Shown here one piece after another: positions 32,201 through 43,308 of a DNA stretch of 64,000 bases (the stretch's first letter is position 1; each line of letters begins with the position of its first letter). The DNA is taken from contig JAHDYR010000062.1 of NCBI GenBank assembly GCA_019828565.1, positions 421,666 to 485,665 of the forward strand, in the 5' to 3' direction. The DNA is from Carpediemonas membranifera BICM (taxonomy: Eukaryota; Protista; Fornicata). The notes below the pieces were generated by a model. It was not told where the DNA came from, searched no databases, and saw only the letters and a list, made by a program, of their open reading frames with translations. A program made the translations under genes and the position numbers.

Positions 32201-33987
32201 GCACACCGCCCTCGCGCTCCCAGACCTGAGTGCAAAGTGGACTCTCGAGACCGACGCATCGTCGACCGCCATCGGTGGTGTACTGTGGCAGGGCGAGGGT
32301 GACGAGAAGGTCCCACTCGCCTTCTACAGCAAGACCCTCGACGAGACCCAGCAACGGTGGTCCACGGTGGAACAGGAGCTTTTCGCCATTGTCTATTGTG
32401 TAACGCGACCAGAGTTTTCCCCCCTCTTCAAGCTGAAGCCGTTCGAGCTTCGCACGGACCATCGTAATCTGATATGGCTACTCAGGAAGACAGACGAGGA
32501 CGGCACTAAGAAACTGACACGATGGCGACTCACCATGACAGAGTATCCGTATAACGTCACACACATAGCTGGAGCGCAGAACCTCGTAGCCGACGCACTG
32601 TCGCGGCCATCATCTCAGCGCAAGAACGAGGTGCGCTGCTCGATCGACCACGTCACCACGACGCGCCAAGAGCAGATCACCAGGGCGCACGCCGGTGCAC
32701 AGGGCCACGTCGGCCCAGACCAGACCATCGCCAATCTGAAGCAGTCCGGTGTCACGTGGCCAGGCATGTCGGATGACGTCCGCGCGACCTTACGCCAGTG
32801 TCCAATCTGTCGCAAGACAAAGCCAGCCCGCAAGGAGCCGATCAAGTGGCACTCTACTCAGCGCATCCGCCCATTCGAGACGGTGCAGGTGGACACCATT
32901 GGCCCTTTGCCCGAGAGAGACGGTCTCAAGTACGTCATCACGGTGGTGGACGTGTTCTCGAAGTTCACCATATTGAAGCCCACACGGTCAACGAGCGCAG
33001 CCGAGGCAGCAGCCGCATTGCTGGAGATCTGGGCGACTTTCGGCGTCCCGGCCGAGCTCCAGTCTGACCAAGGTACACAGTTCAGGAATGCCCTAGTCGA
33101 GGAGATGAACGAGCGACTGAGCCTCAAGCACCGGTTCAGTACGGCATATCATCCGGCCAGCAACGGCGTAGTCGAACGCCTGAATGGTACCGTCATGAGA
33201 CGCTTAAGAGCGCTCCTGCTGGACGCCCGCGACGACAACTGGCCCGCATACCTGCCCATCGCCCAGCACGTTATCAACGCCACCCGCCACTCCACCACAG
33301 GCCTCAGCCCCTTCGAACTATTGTTCGGACGCAAGTCAACCATGCTGCGCGTCGCGCCCGACGCCCTGACCAACGCAACCCAGATGCTCGAGCCGGGCTC
33401 AGTCGAAGCCGACGACATCGTCCGCTTCCAGGCCCACGTCACGTCGCTCCAACAACTTGCCGCGATCAAGGTCAAAGCCTACGAGGTAAACAAGGCTGCA
33501 GGCTCCTCGGACAGCACACGGGCCTGGGAGAACGAAACCTACGTCCTGCTGAGATACCCGGGCAAGCCGCCGACCAAGCTACTCCCGCCTCTGCGCGGAC
33601 CGCTCCGCATGGAGGGGGAAGGGCGATCACCCCAACACCTACAAGGTGATGGATCTCGTGTCGAAGTGCGTCGCCACAGTCCACGCAGACCGACTCGTCA
33701 CATTCCACGCCGACGGCCTCACGGAGAAGGAGCTCGAGGAAATTGCCGCCTACGAGCAAGATGAACAACCCGTGGAGGCAGTCGTAGGCCACCGTAAGAA
33801 GAAGAACGGCTCTCTGGAGCTACTGATCCGTTGGGAAGGCCTCACCCCCGACGAGGACTCATACATCCCCTATAATCGCTACTACGACCAGCTCGAGGCT
33901 ATCGACAGTTATCTCGAGCTCAATCCTGGTCTCAAGCCGATGTTTGAGAGTGCTAAGAAGAAGTTCCGCAGGAGCGGTCGCCGTTAG
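29245..33987 (+). CDS. Gag-Pol polyprotein (~1580 aa after correcting three +1 homopolymer indels near 31550, 32140 and 33615)
   Basis: CxxH-x5-H-x4-C knuckle, protease FDIGA, RT LDLRSGYWQ/PFGLKNAP/YIDD, RNase H TDAS..ELFA..TDH..DALSR, integrase HHCC + D,D,E, GPY-like RGPL, chromodomain VEAVVGHR...LLIRWEG..PDEDSYIP. Confidence 0.93.
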
Positions 33988-34013
33988 TCATGCGACACGC
34001 ATTGGGAGGGAAG

Positions 34014-34079
34014 TGTGCCCTTAACCTGCGGAATTCGTAAAACAGTCTTTATCATATTTCTGGGCCCTAGCACGGCACA
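34014..34079 (+). repeat. 3' LTR (66 bp)
   Basis: Identical to the 5' LTR; preceded by the PPT and followed by TSD atgg. Confidence 0.95.
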
Positions 34080-34083
34080 ATGG

Positions 34084-36803
34084 TCCATCAGCCGCTTCAT
34101 GGAGGAGGCTAGGGACATCCTCAGGCTTCAGGCACCGGAGGCCCCGGCCATATGGCAGGCAGCATGGAACAAGTCAGGGATCTACCTGAAGGGCAGAACC
34201 AATATCCTGGGCGAAGGGGAGGAGACCCCCCTTAGCAACGAGCCGCCGTTCCGGAAGGTGAGGCTGGAAGTGCTCAAGGCCACCTCGGTCCGCAGCAATA
34301 GGGACGAACATGCCGATCTGGACAGGTCGTCCGCTAGCACGGTCATCGACGGAGACGAGGAGCAACATGTCAAGGACAAGGAGGAACGACGCCAGCAGGC
34401 CACCATGCCCGGCAGAAGAAGCCTCGACGACAGCCTCCTGGAAGTGAACAAGGACATGGTCGGGGCCAACCAAGGCAAGATCGACCAGGACGAGGAGGTC
34501 GACTCAAACAAGGTCAGCAGCCAGCCGCCGAGGATGCCTAGAAAGGACAAGGAGAAACGACTGGTGATCGGAGCCATCGACTTCGAGTGCGCAGACCCTG
34601 GCGTCAAGAAGGCAGGGATCCCTGCCATCCCGGTTGAGGGCGGGATCGTACTCTTTGACCTCAGCACTGGGGACATTCTTGGACACGGGCATGGCCTGTA
34701 TTACCAGGACATACCGGCAGCAAGCATGGACCAAGCGAGGTACACGGCATGGGCAGTGACGGGGCTGCCGCCGGCCACCTTCGTGGAGGTCGGGACGGGG
34801 CGGCCGCCGATCGAGTATGAGAAGCACATACATACTTTCAGGGACTGGGCCAACCGCCTGGCGGCTCAGCTGGCAAGGATCGAAAGGTCGGAGGGTTGGA
34901 AGATAATCATGTATGCAAGGGGGATGGAAAGCTTCCTCCTCACGAACCCCACAAATGGACTGGAGCAAGGAACCAGGGAATTCTTCCAAGCTAGGCTGGT
35001 GGACGAGAAGAAGCTACCAGAGATCCTGGAGAACAACGGCAAGGGAGGAGGCTGGCCAAAACCTCAGGGACAACCTCGACAAGGCCAACTACCTGGAAGC
35101 AGTAACAACATGGTCAAATGGATGGCAGAACAGGAGCGAGCCCAAGGGAGTCTGTCCGTACCACAGACACACCGCGGGTTGCTACCACTGTGGGTTGGCG
35201 GATACAGTAGTCTTCACAGCCAGGATCAGGGCCCTATGCAAGGAGAGGATGAGCACCCCAGACGTCTACCACTACATGGGTAAGGCACTCGACAAGACCA
35301 TGGAAGCAGTCGGGAAGGCGGAGCCGGGCATGGATATCATGGGAGGCCCGGAATTCGCGACAAGGAGGGACACCTTTGAGATCTTCGGCACGTACCCGAT
35401 CGGGGACGCAAGGGACGTCAGCAGGGAAGTCGGCGACAGGATCCTCGTAGTCCCGGACAACGGACACCGCTTCGGCATCGGCTTCGGGTTCGGGGAGGTC
35501 TGTTGGGCATGAAGGGCATCTTACTGGCCCCCCTCACAATCATGGACAACGAAGGTGTACTGGAGAGAAGCCCGCTATGGACCATCATGGAAAGAGCCAC
35601 GGCTAACCAGCTCCGCATGGTACGCGTCAGGAAGGGCCTAGGGGCAGCAAGGGAGGAGGACATCATAACCATGGCCATGCTATACGAGTGGTGGCCCTCG
35701 AAGGAGGCTACGGCTCATCAAGGAGTCTGGGGCTGCGACAACCTAGCAGAGAGCCTCAGGGACTATGAGAAGGTCATAGTCAACGTCAAGGCCCCCAGGA
35801 ACAGGGGGTAGGATCACCCTAGGGGCGAGCTTCATCCCGAGAGACTGGGGCATGGTCAGGGTCAGCGAGGCTGGGACCATCCTAAGCCGCATGCGCAAGG
35901 AAGGGGCCAGACTAGTCTCGGCAGCTATCCCGGACGAGCCCAGAGCCAACACAGTCAATGTCCCAGGCATCACGTATGTCCCCACCATCGACGGAAAGTC
36001 CGAACAGCCATACCAAAGTAGGTTCTTCGACAACGGCCTGGAGGAAAAAGGCGAGGCGGATTAGCACCAGGATGGTGGGCAGGCACTTCGGCCAGGACGC
36101 GGATCAAGGACATCACGACCAGCATGGAGACAGGGAAGAGGACAGAAGGGTAGGACACGGAGCCGGCGGTAGAGCTGGTGTCAGAGCTGACGACAGAACC
36201 GGCGACAGAGCTGGTAACATGAACAGGACCTCGGATCGTAACCACGGAGGAGACGACAGGGAGAGACAGGACAACACGGGAACGCAGATGAGAGGCTCGT
36301 TCAGCGGGAACACCTGGGCCGGTAGAGGCTCAGAGGGAGGCATGGACAACAGCAAGGATCACTCTTCCTCCACGACGCTCAAGCGCAAGGAGGGCAGCAC
36401 GAGTAGGATCATGGACTCGGACAGCGGAAAGAGAAGCAGGTACGAAGAGGACACGGACTGGGAGTCTGGAAGCAGACAGGCAACCGGCATGGACTCGGAG
36501 AAGCTGCGGCTCCGAAAGCAGTTGGCAGAGGCGCAACAAGAGATCTCAGCGCTCAAGGCTGCCCGACTCATGCAAGAGCAAGGCCACGGAAGGTTGGTGC
36601 TCTCCGGCGTCGCGACTAAGCCCAGCAAGGAGAAGCCCACGATCCCCCGGCACAAGCACAAGAAGGCTAAGAAGGCCAAGCAGATCTCACCCATGGACCT
36701 GATGACCCAGTTCATCACGGTAATGCAGAGTCTACAAGGACAGCAAGTGAGTCAGGCCGAGGACAGCTGCAGCGGCAGTGGGGAGTCCACGGAGGAGGAG
36801 TAA
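34084..36803 (+). CDS. ORF1 3' part: Maelstrom (MAEL)/DEDDh domain (~34561..35210), then low-complexity and coiled-coil C-terminus; four frameshifts
   Basis: AIDFEC, IPVEGGIVLFDLSTG..H....DIP, TGLP, IMYARG, VCPYH...HCGLAD correspond to the MAEL ECHC motif plus DEDDh residues. Three of the four frame breaks lie in G or A runs. Confidence 0.75.
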
Positions 36804-36862
36804 GGACATGGTAAAGCAGTATTCTTTCAAGGAACAAGCAACATTTTCTTTATAATTCACAA

Positions 36863-36960
36863 GCCCTGGCTCCCACCCAGGGCCCGGCATTAGCTGAAAT
36901 GCACTGCCGGTAGGCTGTAGCGGCAGCCAAAGGGGGGTCACGTCATATCGTCCCCCTCCT
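36863..36960 (+). promoter_or_regulatory. Four consecutive GC-rich hairpins in the ORF1-ORF2 spacer
   Basis: gccctgg/ccagggc, ccggca/tgccgg, ggctg/cagcc, aggggg/ccccct. Function unknown. Confidence 0.5.
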
Positions 36961-37134
36961 AAGTACCCTGCCCGAAGAATGGAAGGTCACCAGGAGGTAA
37001 CAAGGTTGGCCTGACAAGGGTCACCGAGACCGGCATCTAGGCCCCTTGTTAGGACAAGGATAGCAGGAGAGGAGCGGGAAGCTGGGGCTCCCAAATTCTG
37101 GGAATTCGCAGGATAAGGAACCAGGACAAAGGCA

Positions 37135-38580
37135 ATGGTAACCTACAAGATACTTAGTCTGAACACAGAGGGACACATAGGAAGAGGAAAGGACTTCACG
37201 GCGTCTATGGCAACGGCGATTCAGCTAAGGTTGAAGGACATAGAGGCAGTACTCATACAAGAGACATGGAGAACGGCGAATACGAGGGTTCATTGCTTCA
37301 TGGACCTTGACTACGCACTAGCAGGGAGGGAGACGGAAGAGGACCTGGTCTTAGCCAACGAAAAACGAAAGGCGGATGTCAAAAGTCAGCACCGCATCAA
37401 CCGACAACTAGGCATAGCAGGCAATGACGAACCTGCGCCAAGATGGAAGGGAACAAGGGAAGGCATCGGCACGATAGTGAGCCCACACGCAACTGCAAAG
37501 TGGGACATCGGCATAACGGACAGCCTATCGGGAAGAGTGCAAGCCAGCATAATGAGAACCGGCAGGGACATACTAGTCATCAACGTGTATGGCCCTCCAT
37601 CCGGCCACAGCAAGCAGGAGAAGGATGGATTCAGGGACACTATACAGAAGATCATGGACATGAAAGGGAGCATGGAGGCCATAATTATGGGAGACTGGAA
37701 CATCGACCCAGGCCAGATGGAAAGATCCACCCGGTGGAAGGATATGATGGAGAAGCACAGGCTCAAAGCCATCATACCCAAGTCTGGGACGCTCACATCA
37801 GGAACATCAACCCCGGACTTTGCAGTGACAACACCAGGAATCCAGGGGGCGGAGATTGAGGTGGTAGAGTCTCAGAAGGTCGGGGTATGGGGCTCAGCAC
37901 ACAATGGAATCACACTAGCATGGAAGGAACAACGGTACTATGGCAGAAGTGAGCGAGACGTGGCTCTGGCCATACCCGAGGTGCACACCTGGCCCATGAA
38001 AAAGAAGGAGGGGCCAGTCACAGTCTCAAAGCTGAACAGGATCAAGAGCTCGGACCAATGGGAAGAGACTATAAGAGCATGCATGGGCGACCCAGTGAAC
38101 AACAGGGGAGCAAAGGCAAGGGACAAAGTGTTCGGGAACGGAGTGTGGAGCGAACTCCAGCGAACCCCATGGACAGAAATAGGCAACAGGACCAGGAAGG
38201 AAAGGATGAAAGAGGAGCTGGAGAAATACTGGGGGAGAGCGCAGGGCCAAATGGATGGCCGACCTCAGCAGAAGTGCAAAAGGGGGTATAGGGCCTCAAG
38301 GGCCTCAGTGGAAGCTGCCATCAGAAGGTGGTGGTGTGATAACCAATACAAGGGAATGCCGGAGAGCCTCCTCAAGGACGGAGTGATAACCACGGACAAG
38401 GCGGCCATCAGCGAGATCCTCTTGCAACAGTATGCTAGAGTCAGCAGAGGCAGGGAACCCACCTGGAAGACATGGAGGGGCAGGGACGGAAATGAGTTCA
38501 AGGAAAGCGAGGTCAAAGCCGCAATCACGGCAGGACTACGGGAACTGGCAAAGGTTTACAACAGCTTCAAGGTGGAATAG
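37135..38580 (+). CDS. ORF2: APE-type (EEP) endonuclease + linker, lacking the reverse transcriptase domain
   Basis: SLNTEG, LIQETW, INVYGP, MGDWN, PDF and SAH motifs; linker LLKDGVITTDK..I; F..SEVKAAI (usual pre-RT motif) followed shortly by a stop. Confidence 0.88.
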   Translation: MVTYKILSLNTEGHIGRGKDFTASMATAIQLRLKDIEAVLIQETWRTANTRVHCFMDLDYALAGRETEEDLVLANEKRKADVKSQHRINRQLGIAGNDEPAPRWKGTREGIGTIVSPHATAKWDIGITDSLSGRVQASIMRTGRDILVINVYGPPSGHSKQEKDGFRDTIQKIMDMKGSMEAIIMGDWNIDPGQMERSTRWKDMMEKHRLKAIIPKSGTLTSGTSTPDFAVTTPGIQGAEIEVVESQKVGVWGSAHNGITLAWKEQRYYGRSERDVALAIPEVHTWPMKKKEGPVTVSKLNRIKSSDQWEETIRACMGDPVNNRGAKARDKVFGNGVWSELQRTPWTEIGNRTRKERMKEELEKYWGRAQGQMDGRPQQKCKRGYRASRASVEAAIRRWWCDNQYKGMPESLLKDGVITTDKAAISEILLQQYARVSRGREPTWKTWRGRDGNEFKESEVKAAITAGLRELAKVYNSFKVE

Positions 38581-39497
38581 AAGCATGTCATGAATCCCTG
38601 ACTCCAGGACCGGGAAGGGATGGACAAGGAATCAGCCATGGACCACCCTCGCTGGGTGCTAAGCTCCTGGGATCAGTGAGGAAAGGCCCCACGTATCCCG
38701 GTAGCCAGGAACCAAAGCAAGGGAAGGAACGACTGCAAGGAAAGAACAGGAAGGACAGACCAGAAATAAGAAAGAAAGGACATGCGACAAGGACAGAGCA
38801 AGGATAAGGTCAAGGAAATCCATATTCATATGGTTGCACCACTCGTTGGGACCCCAAGGAAACTGCAGGGACTGGCCACGGGGGTCGGAGGGGCACAGGT
38901 GCCCCTGCCGCCCTTGTTAACGACATGGGAAACCAAGGACATGTAGTGCAAGCGAAATGTTGTAAGGGGTAACAGGACAACCAGGCCTAGTGCCTGGGGG
39001 TACACCACCCATGCCCTGACCCACGCCACCTAACCGGGGTAGACAGCATGGACTTAGTCACTTTCCCCGCCTTCGGGTAGGCTTCTTAACAGAGTCGAGG
39101 GGGCATGGAATTGGGGAACCGGACAGACGAGAGGGTGCCGTGGCTGAACGGCTCTACAAGGACTGCAGGGAAGCAAGGAGTGTCATAGTCAAGGTTCTGC
39201 AGGACGATCCTGCCTGTCAACGCCCCGAGGACAGACCCCCAGGCTCCCCGGATAGTTGCCGGACCTTCAGGGAGACAGGAAAGCATATTTGCACGGAGAT
39301 GGCCGCAGGGCTTCTGGGGCGATTGGAATCGGCTTTCCGCGGAGACAGTAGCACCGAAAGCCCAAGGCAAACGCTGCTGACCAGTTTGCCACGGGAAATA
39401 GGCAGTACCCCGGGGCACTCAGCTCCAAGACAACGGGAAACAAGCTCAGTCCGGGGTCAGAATCCAAGCACCATAAATTTCTTTCTTTCTTTCTTTC

Positions 39498-40553
39498 ATT
39501 CATTTGCGGAGATCATCTCTCTGACACCCGACCAGCCTTCAGCCCAGGAGCTGACGCACGTTTATGGCTCCCTGCAATGCGCAAGTCAGAAGTGTTACCA
39601 GCAACATCACCTTATCCATCCAATATCACATTTATCTTAAACCAGCCAGGCCCCAAGCATGCCGGCCTTCTTCTCAATCGCCACAAAGTTGGGCGCGTCA
39701 TCCTTCGCCGTTGATAGAGAAGGGAAGGGTAGACCGCTGTCACCCTCGTCGGCACCGGCCAACAGAGCGAGCTGCCAGCGCGACCAGGCCGCCGGATTCA
39801 TTTGCGGAGATCATCTCTCTGACACCCGACCAGCCTTCAGCCCAGGAGCTGACGCACGTTTATGGCTCCCTGCAATGCGCAAGTCAGAAGTGTTACCAGC
39901 AACATCACCTTATCCATCCAATATCACATTTATCTTAAACCAGCCAGGCCCCAAGCATGCCGGCCTTCTTCTCAATCGCCACAAAGTTGGGCGCGTCATC
40001 CTTCGCCGTTGATAGAGAAGGGAAGGGTAGACCGCTGTCACCCTCGTCGGCACCGGCCAACAGAGCGAGCTGCCAGCGCGACCAGGCCGCCGGATTCATT
40101 TGCGGAGATCATCTCTCTGACACCCGACCAGCCTTCAGCCCAGGAGCTGACGCACGTTTATGGCTCCCTGCAATGCGCAAGTCAGAAGTGTTACCAGCAA
40201 CATCACCTTATCCATCCAATATCACATTTATCTTAAACCAGCCAGGCCCCAAGCATGCCGGCCTTCTTCTCAATCGCCACAAAGTTGGGCGCGTCATCCT
40301 TCGCCGTTGATAGAGAAGGGAAGGGTAGACCGCTGTCACCCTCGTCGGCACCGGCCAACAGAGCGAGCTGCCAGCGCGACCAGGCCGCCGGATTCATTTG
40401 CGGAGATCATCTCTCTGACACCCGACCAGCCTTCAGCCCAGGAGCTGACGCACGTTTATGGCTCCCTGCAATGCGCAAGTCAGAAGTGTTACCAGCAACA
40501 TCACCTTATCCATCCAATATCACATTTATCTTAAACCAGCCAGGCCCCAAGCA
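39498..40553. repeat. 298-bp tandem satellite, block 2 (~3.5 units)
   Basis: Same unit and orientation as block 1; resumes in register after the TSD. Confidence 0.97.
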
Positions 40554-40609
40554 CATGCAGTCAATTCTGGTACCTTTTCTGGAACAAATGGTTCCAGAAT
40601 TGGTTCCAG
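40554..40609 (+). repeat. Left TIR (56 bp)
   Basis: catgcagtcaattctggtaccttttctggaacaaatggttccagaattggttccag; contains iterated ttctgg(a/t)ac motifs. Confidence 0.95.
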
Positions 40610-41058
40610 TTTCTTTGATCGATTTTGATCGAATCTCGCGGATCAGTTCTAAAGTTGGTGTGCGTACTCTATAGACCTAGCTTCACCTCTGGACACATTA
40701 ATACTGCATGCAGATGTCTCAATAAATATTTATGATCGGTTTTCGTATCGTCAGTGCAGGATAAGGTCGCATGACTTGGCCAAAGTCGCTCTTCAGAACT
40801 CGATCGTCTGACACATACAAACGCTAAAAGTGGTTGGCAAAGATGCATTAGACCTTGTATATGACGTGTATAGACAAAATTTCGGGTGTTGCACTGTCAC
40901 CTTCCAAAGGTGACCACGCAAAAAGTCTTGAAAGTGAACCTTCAACATCAAACTAGTGCTAAAGCAACGGTATTGTGCGTCATTTCCTCCAAAACGCCCC
41001 CCTTTACGTGATATTGTACGCTCAATATTTGATGAGTTCAAAATGGTGTGACAGTACG

Positions 41059-42262
41059 ATGGCTGATAATACACGTGACAGAGACCTTTTGCGGAAGATT
41101 GTTGCAGCGATTATGGCAGCTTGCTTCTATTTTACTCCAGAAAGCATCGAATGTATGGAACTTGCTGCATCTGAGGTCATTTGGGCTATTCTTCCCGAAC
41201 ATCTACAAGAATTGTTCAAGAAGAAGAGATTCATGGCGATGTACATCAAGCCTGCCATTACATCAACATTCAGCTGCTCAACCAGCCAGATCATGTGCAA
41301 CACAATGGGAAAGATTCGAGGATTGTTCTTGAAGAGAGATTGCGACATTAGCATCGACCGGTTGCAGCTGGCCTTGCACGCTTTACATCCTGGCGAACAT
41401 TTAATTACCTGGGTGCCACCGGCTGTCGTTCGCCATCTCTCTTTCCAAAACTACTCGAAAAAGCAGGACAGGCGGTCAGTCTCCAGGATCAATATGCGCT
41501 CTGCACCACAAGTGAGTAGTGTTGACACTGTCCGAGATGAGCAAGCTGCCAATCGGGCTGCACAAATGCATCTTCACATTGACCGCATATCTGAGCGGTT
41601 TACTTCGTGTGTCGCCGAGGCGAATGTTCTTGTGCGTAATGCGATGGACAAACGCAGTGTACTTGACCAGTTTACCTATAATCAGATCCACAACTCACTG
41701 AGAATGTGCTGCCCGACATGTCTTGACCCATATAACATGATCTTCAAAATAGAAGACGAGCCAAATGTTTTTGCAGTGCGACCAATGCCACCGCTACTAC
41801 CATTATACTTGTGAAGCAGGAGGTTTTGCCATACAAAGTGGCTACCTTTCAGACGGGAAGCGTTCAAACAACATGAGTCTGTGCGACAACTGTGCAGCTG
41901 TCAATCAGAACGGGGAATGCTTTTATCGCACGCCAGATCACGATTGTACTGAGGATTTAACGGCTGACAGATCAGTGTCACATTGCTGTTACTACTGCAA
42001 CAATTGGTTCTGCCGAGAGCACACAGCCCAGACGGCCTTTGATACCGGAATTGACATGCTACGTCGCCCATCTCAGCGTGTTGCTGTATGTGTCACATGC
42101 TTCAATCGAATTCAGCTTGGTCAAAGACTGTTTAACGACAAGTTCGTGAGCACAGCTGCTTTGATATCTTGTCCCAATCCTGAAGCGTCCGAGCACACTG
42201 AGAATGATGAAGAAGGCACTGGTATCGACACAGAGTCATCTGACAGTGATAAATATGATTAG
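41059..42262 (+). CDS. Cargo: PHD finger plus a second Cys/His zinc-finger protein (one +1 indel near 41764)
   Basis: CPTC...FLQCDQCHRYYHYTC...LCDNC (C4HC3) spans the frame break; followed by CYYC..WFC.EH...CVTC. Confidence 0.75.
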
Positions 42263-42427
42263 AGGCGCGCTCAAACCAACGTTTAGAGAAGAGCCCGAGA
42301 GAGAGAAGCCGGGAGAAGAGCCGGGGGAGAGCCCGGGGGAGAGCAGCAACGCCCACAACTCTTTGGGATACTGTTCTTTTGGTGTTGATGTTGTTATTGA
42401 TGTTGATTTCTCTAAAGTCTAAAGTGC

Positions 42428-43005
42428 TTACTGATGTAGCTCTCGCCGTTCTTCTCTGCGACGTTCAGCGTGAAAAAGAACTTGCGGCAGAGGAACCAGA
42501 GGCACTTGGTTGGCCTCGGGGGTGAACGCGTCGCTGATCATGCCGTCTATGCCTGGCCACTGCTCTTGGGCCTCCTTCAGCACTCTGTCCTCGAGGTCGG
42601 GTTGGCCCCGCCACCCACCAGACACGCCCACACCGCGCCCTGGTTCAGTGTGTGCATGGCTGCCGGGAGCTCATCGCCAGGCGAGAGCTCGACGTTCATG
42701 GACAGCGGGGGTCCGTCTGCGAGGATCGAGCGGGCGTGATCTAGGAGGACTTGTGCGGTTGGTTCAAGCGGGGGGATCTTGGAGAGCGTGGCGAGGAGGG
42801 ATTCGAGAGAAGGGGCGCTACATGATGCAGTAGTGCTCTCTGCGTTATGGACCGAGGGCATCTCCTCGCCAAAATGCCTGGTGTAGGCGCATTGGAGCAA
42901 GGATGGTATGTCCCCGGAGATGGAGACCGTTGCGGTGAGCGAGGTGCGGAATGCGGCGATCAGCGCATCTTTGATGGCCGATGACGAGGAACTAGCGCTA
43001 CTCAT
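42428..43005 (-). pseudogene. Truncated paralog of the RCC1-like family N-terminus
   Basis: GPPLSMNVEL.PG.ELP.A.HTLNQGAVWACL.GGGANP shared with ~24060..24180. Confidence 0.75.
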
Positions 43006-43308
43006 TGGTTCTAGCGCTCAGTTCAGCGGCGACTCGAGCTTGTTCTTAACATGCTCGATGGTTGGCTGGTGTCACTGGTGGCCGGGAGACTCTCTAGATG
43101 AACTTGAGGCCGCGGTAGAGAGGGAACTCACGGTAGTGTGGGGCAGGGTCTTGCCGACCATCATGGCCATGGGTGGCGGGTCATCAATCTGATGGGGCTG
43201 GCCCAGCTGAATAAAAGATGGGAGGCGTTGTAGGCAAAGGATGCGACGTCCTGAAGGGTAATGTTGGGGAGGTGTTCTCGAGCACGTGATCGTACTTCCT
43301 CAACACAC

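Larger units (their letters stand above)
29158..34079 (+). mobile_element. Chromodomain-bearing Ty3/Gypsy LTR retrotransposon (4922 bp) with 66-bp LTRs
   Basis: Identical TG...CA LTRs at 29158..29223 and 34014..34079; 4-bp TSD atgg; polypurine tract gggagggaag before the 3' LTR; domain order gag-PR-RT-RH-IN-chromo. Confidence 0.95.
27902..39497 (+). mobile_element. Non-LTR (LINE-like) element, ~6.7 kb net of the nested Gypsy; ORF1 with Maelstrom domain, ORF2 APE endonuclease without RT
   Basis: 14-bp TSD attcatttgcggag at 27888..27901 and 39498..39511; 3' tail taaa(tttc)n; APE ORF; second copy at the same satellite site from 63435. Confidence 0.88.

Noticed and set aside
31540-33630. Programmed ribosomal frameshifts in Gypsy pol
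   Set aside because: The breaks fall inside RT, the RT-RNase H junction and the integrase C-terminus, all in homopolymers, not at the gag-pol boundary.
26878-40553. 298-bp repeats as the LTRs of the Gypsy element
   Set aside because: The true LTRs are the 66-bp TG...CA repeats with PPT and TSD; the 298-bp units are a tandem target array interrupted in register.
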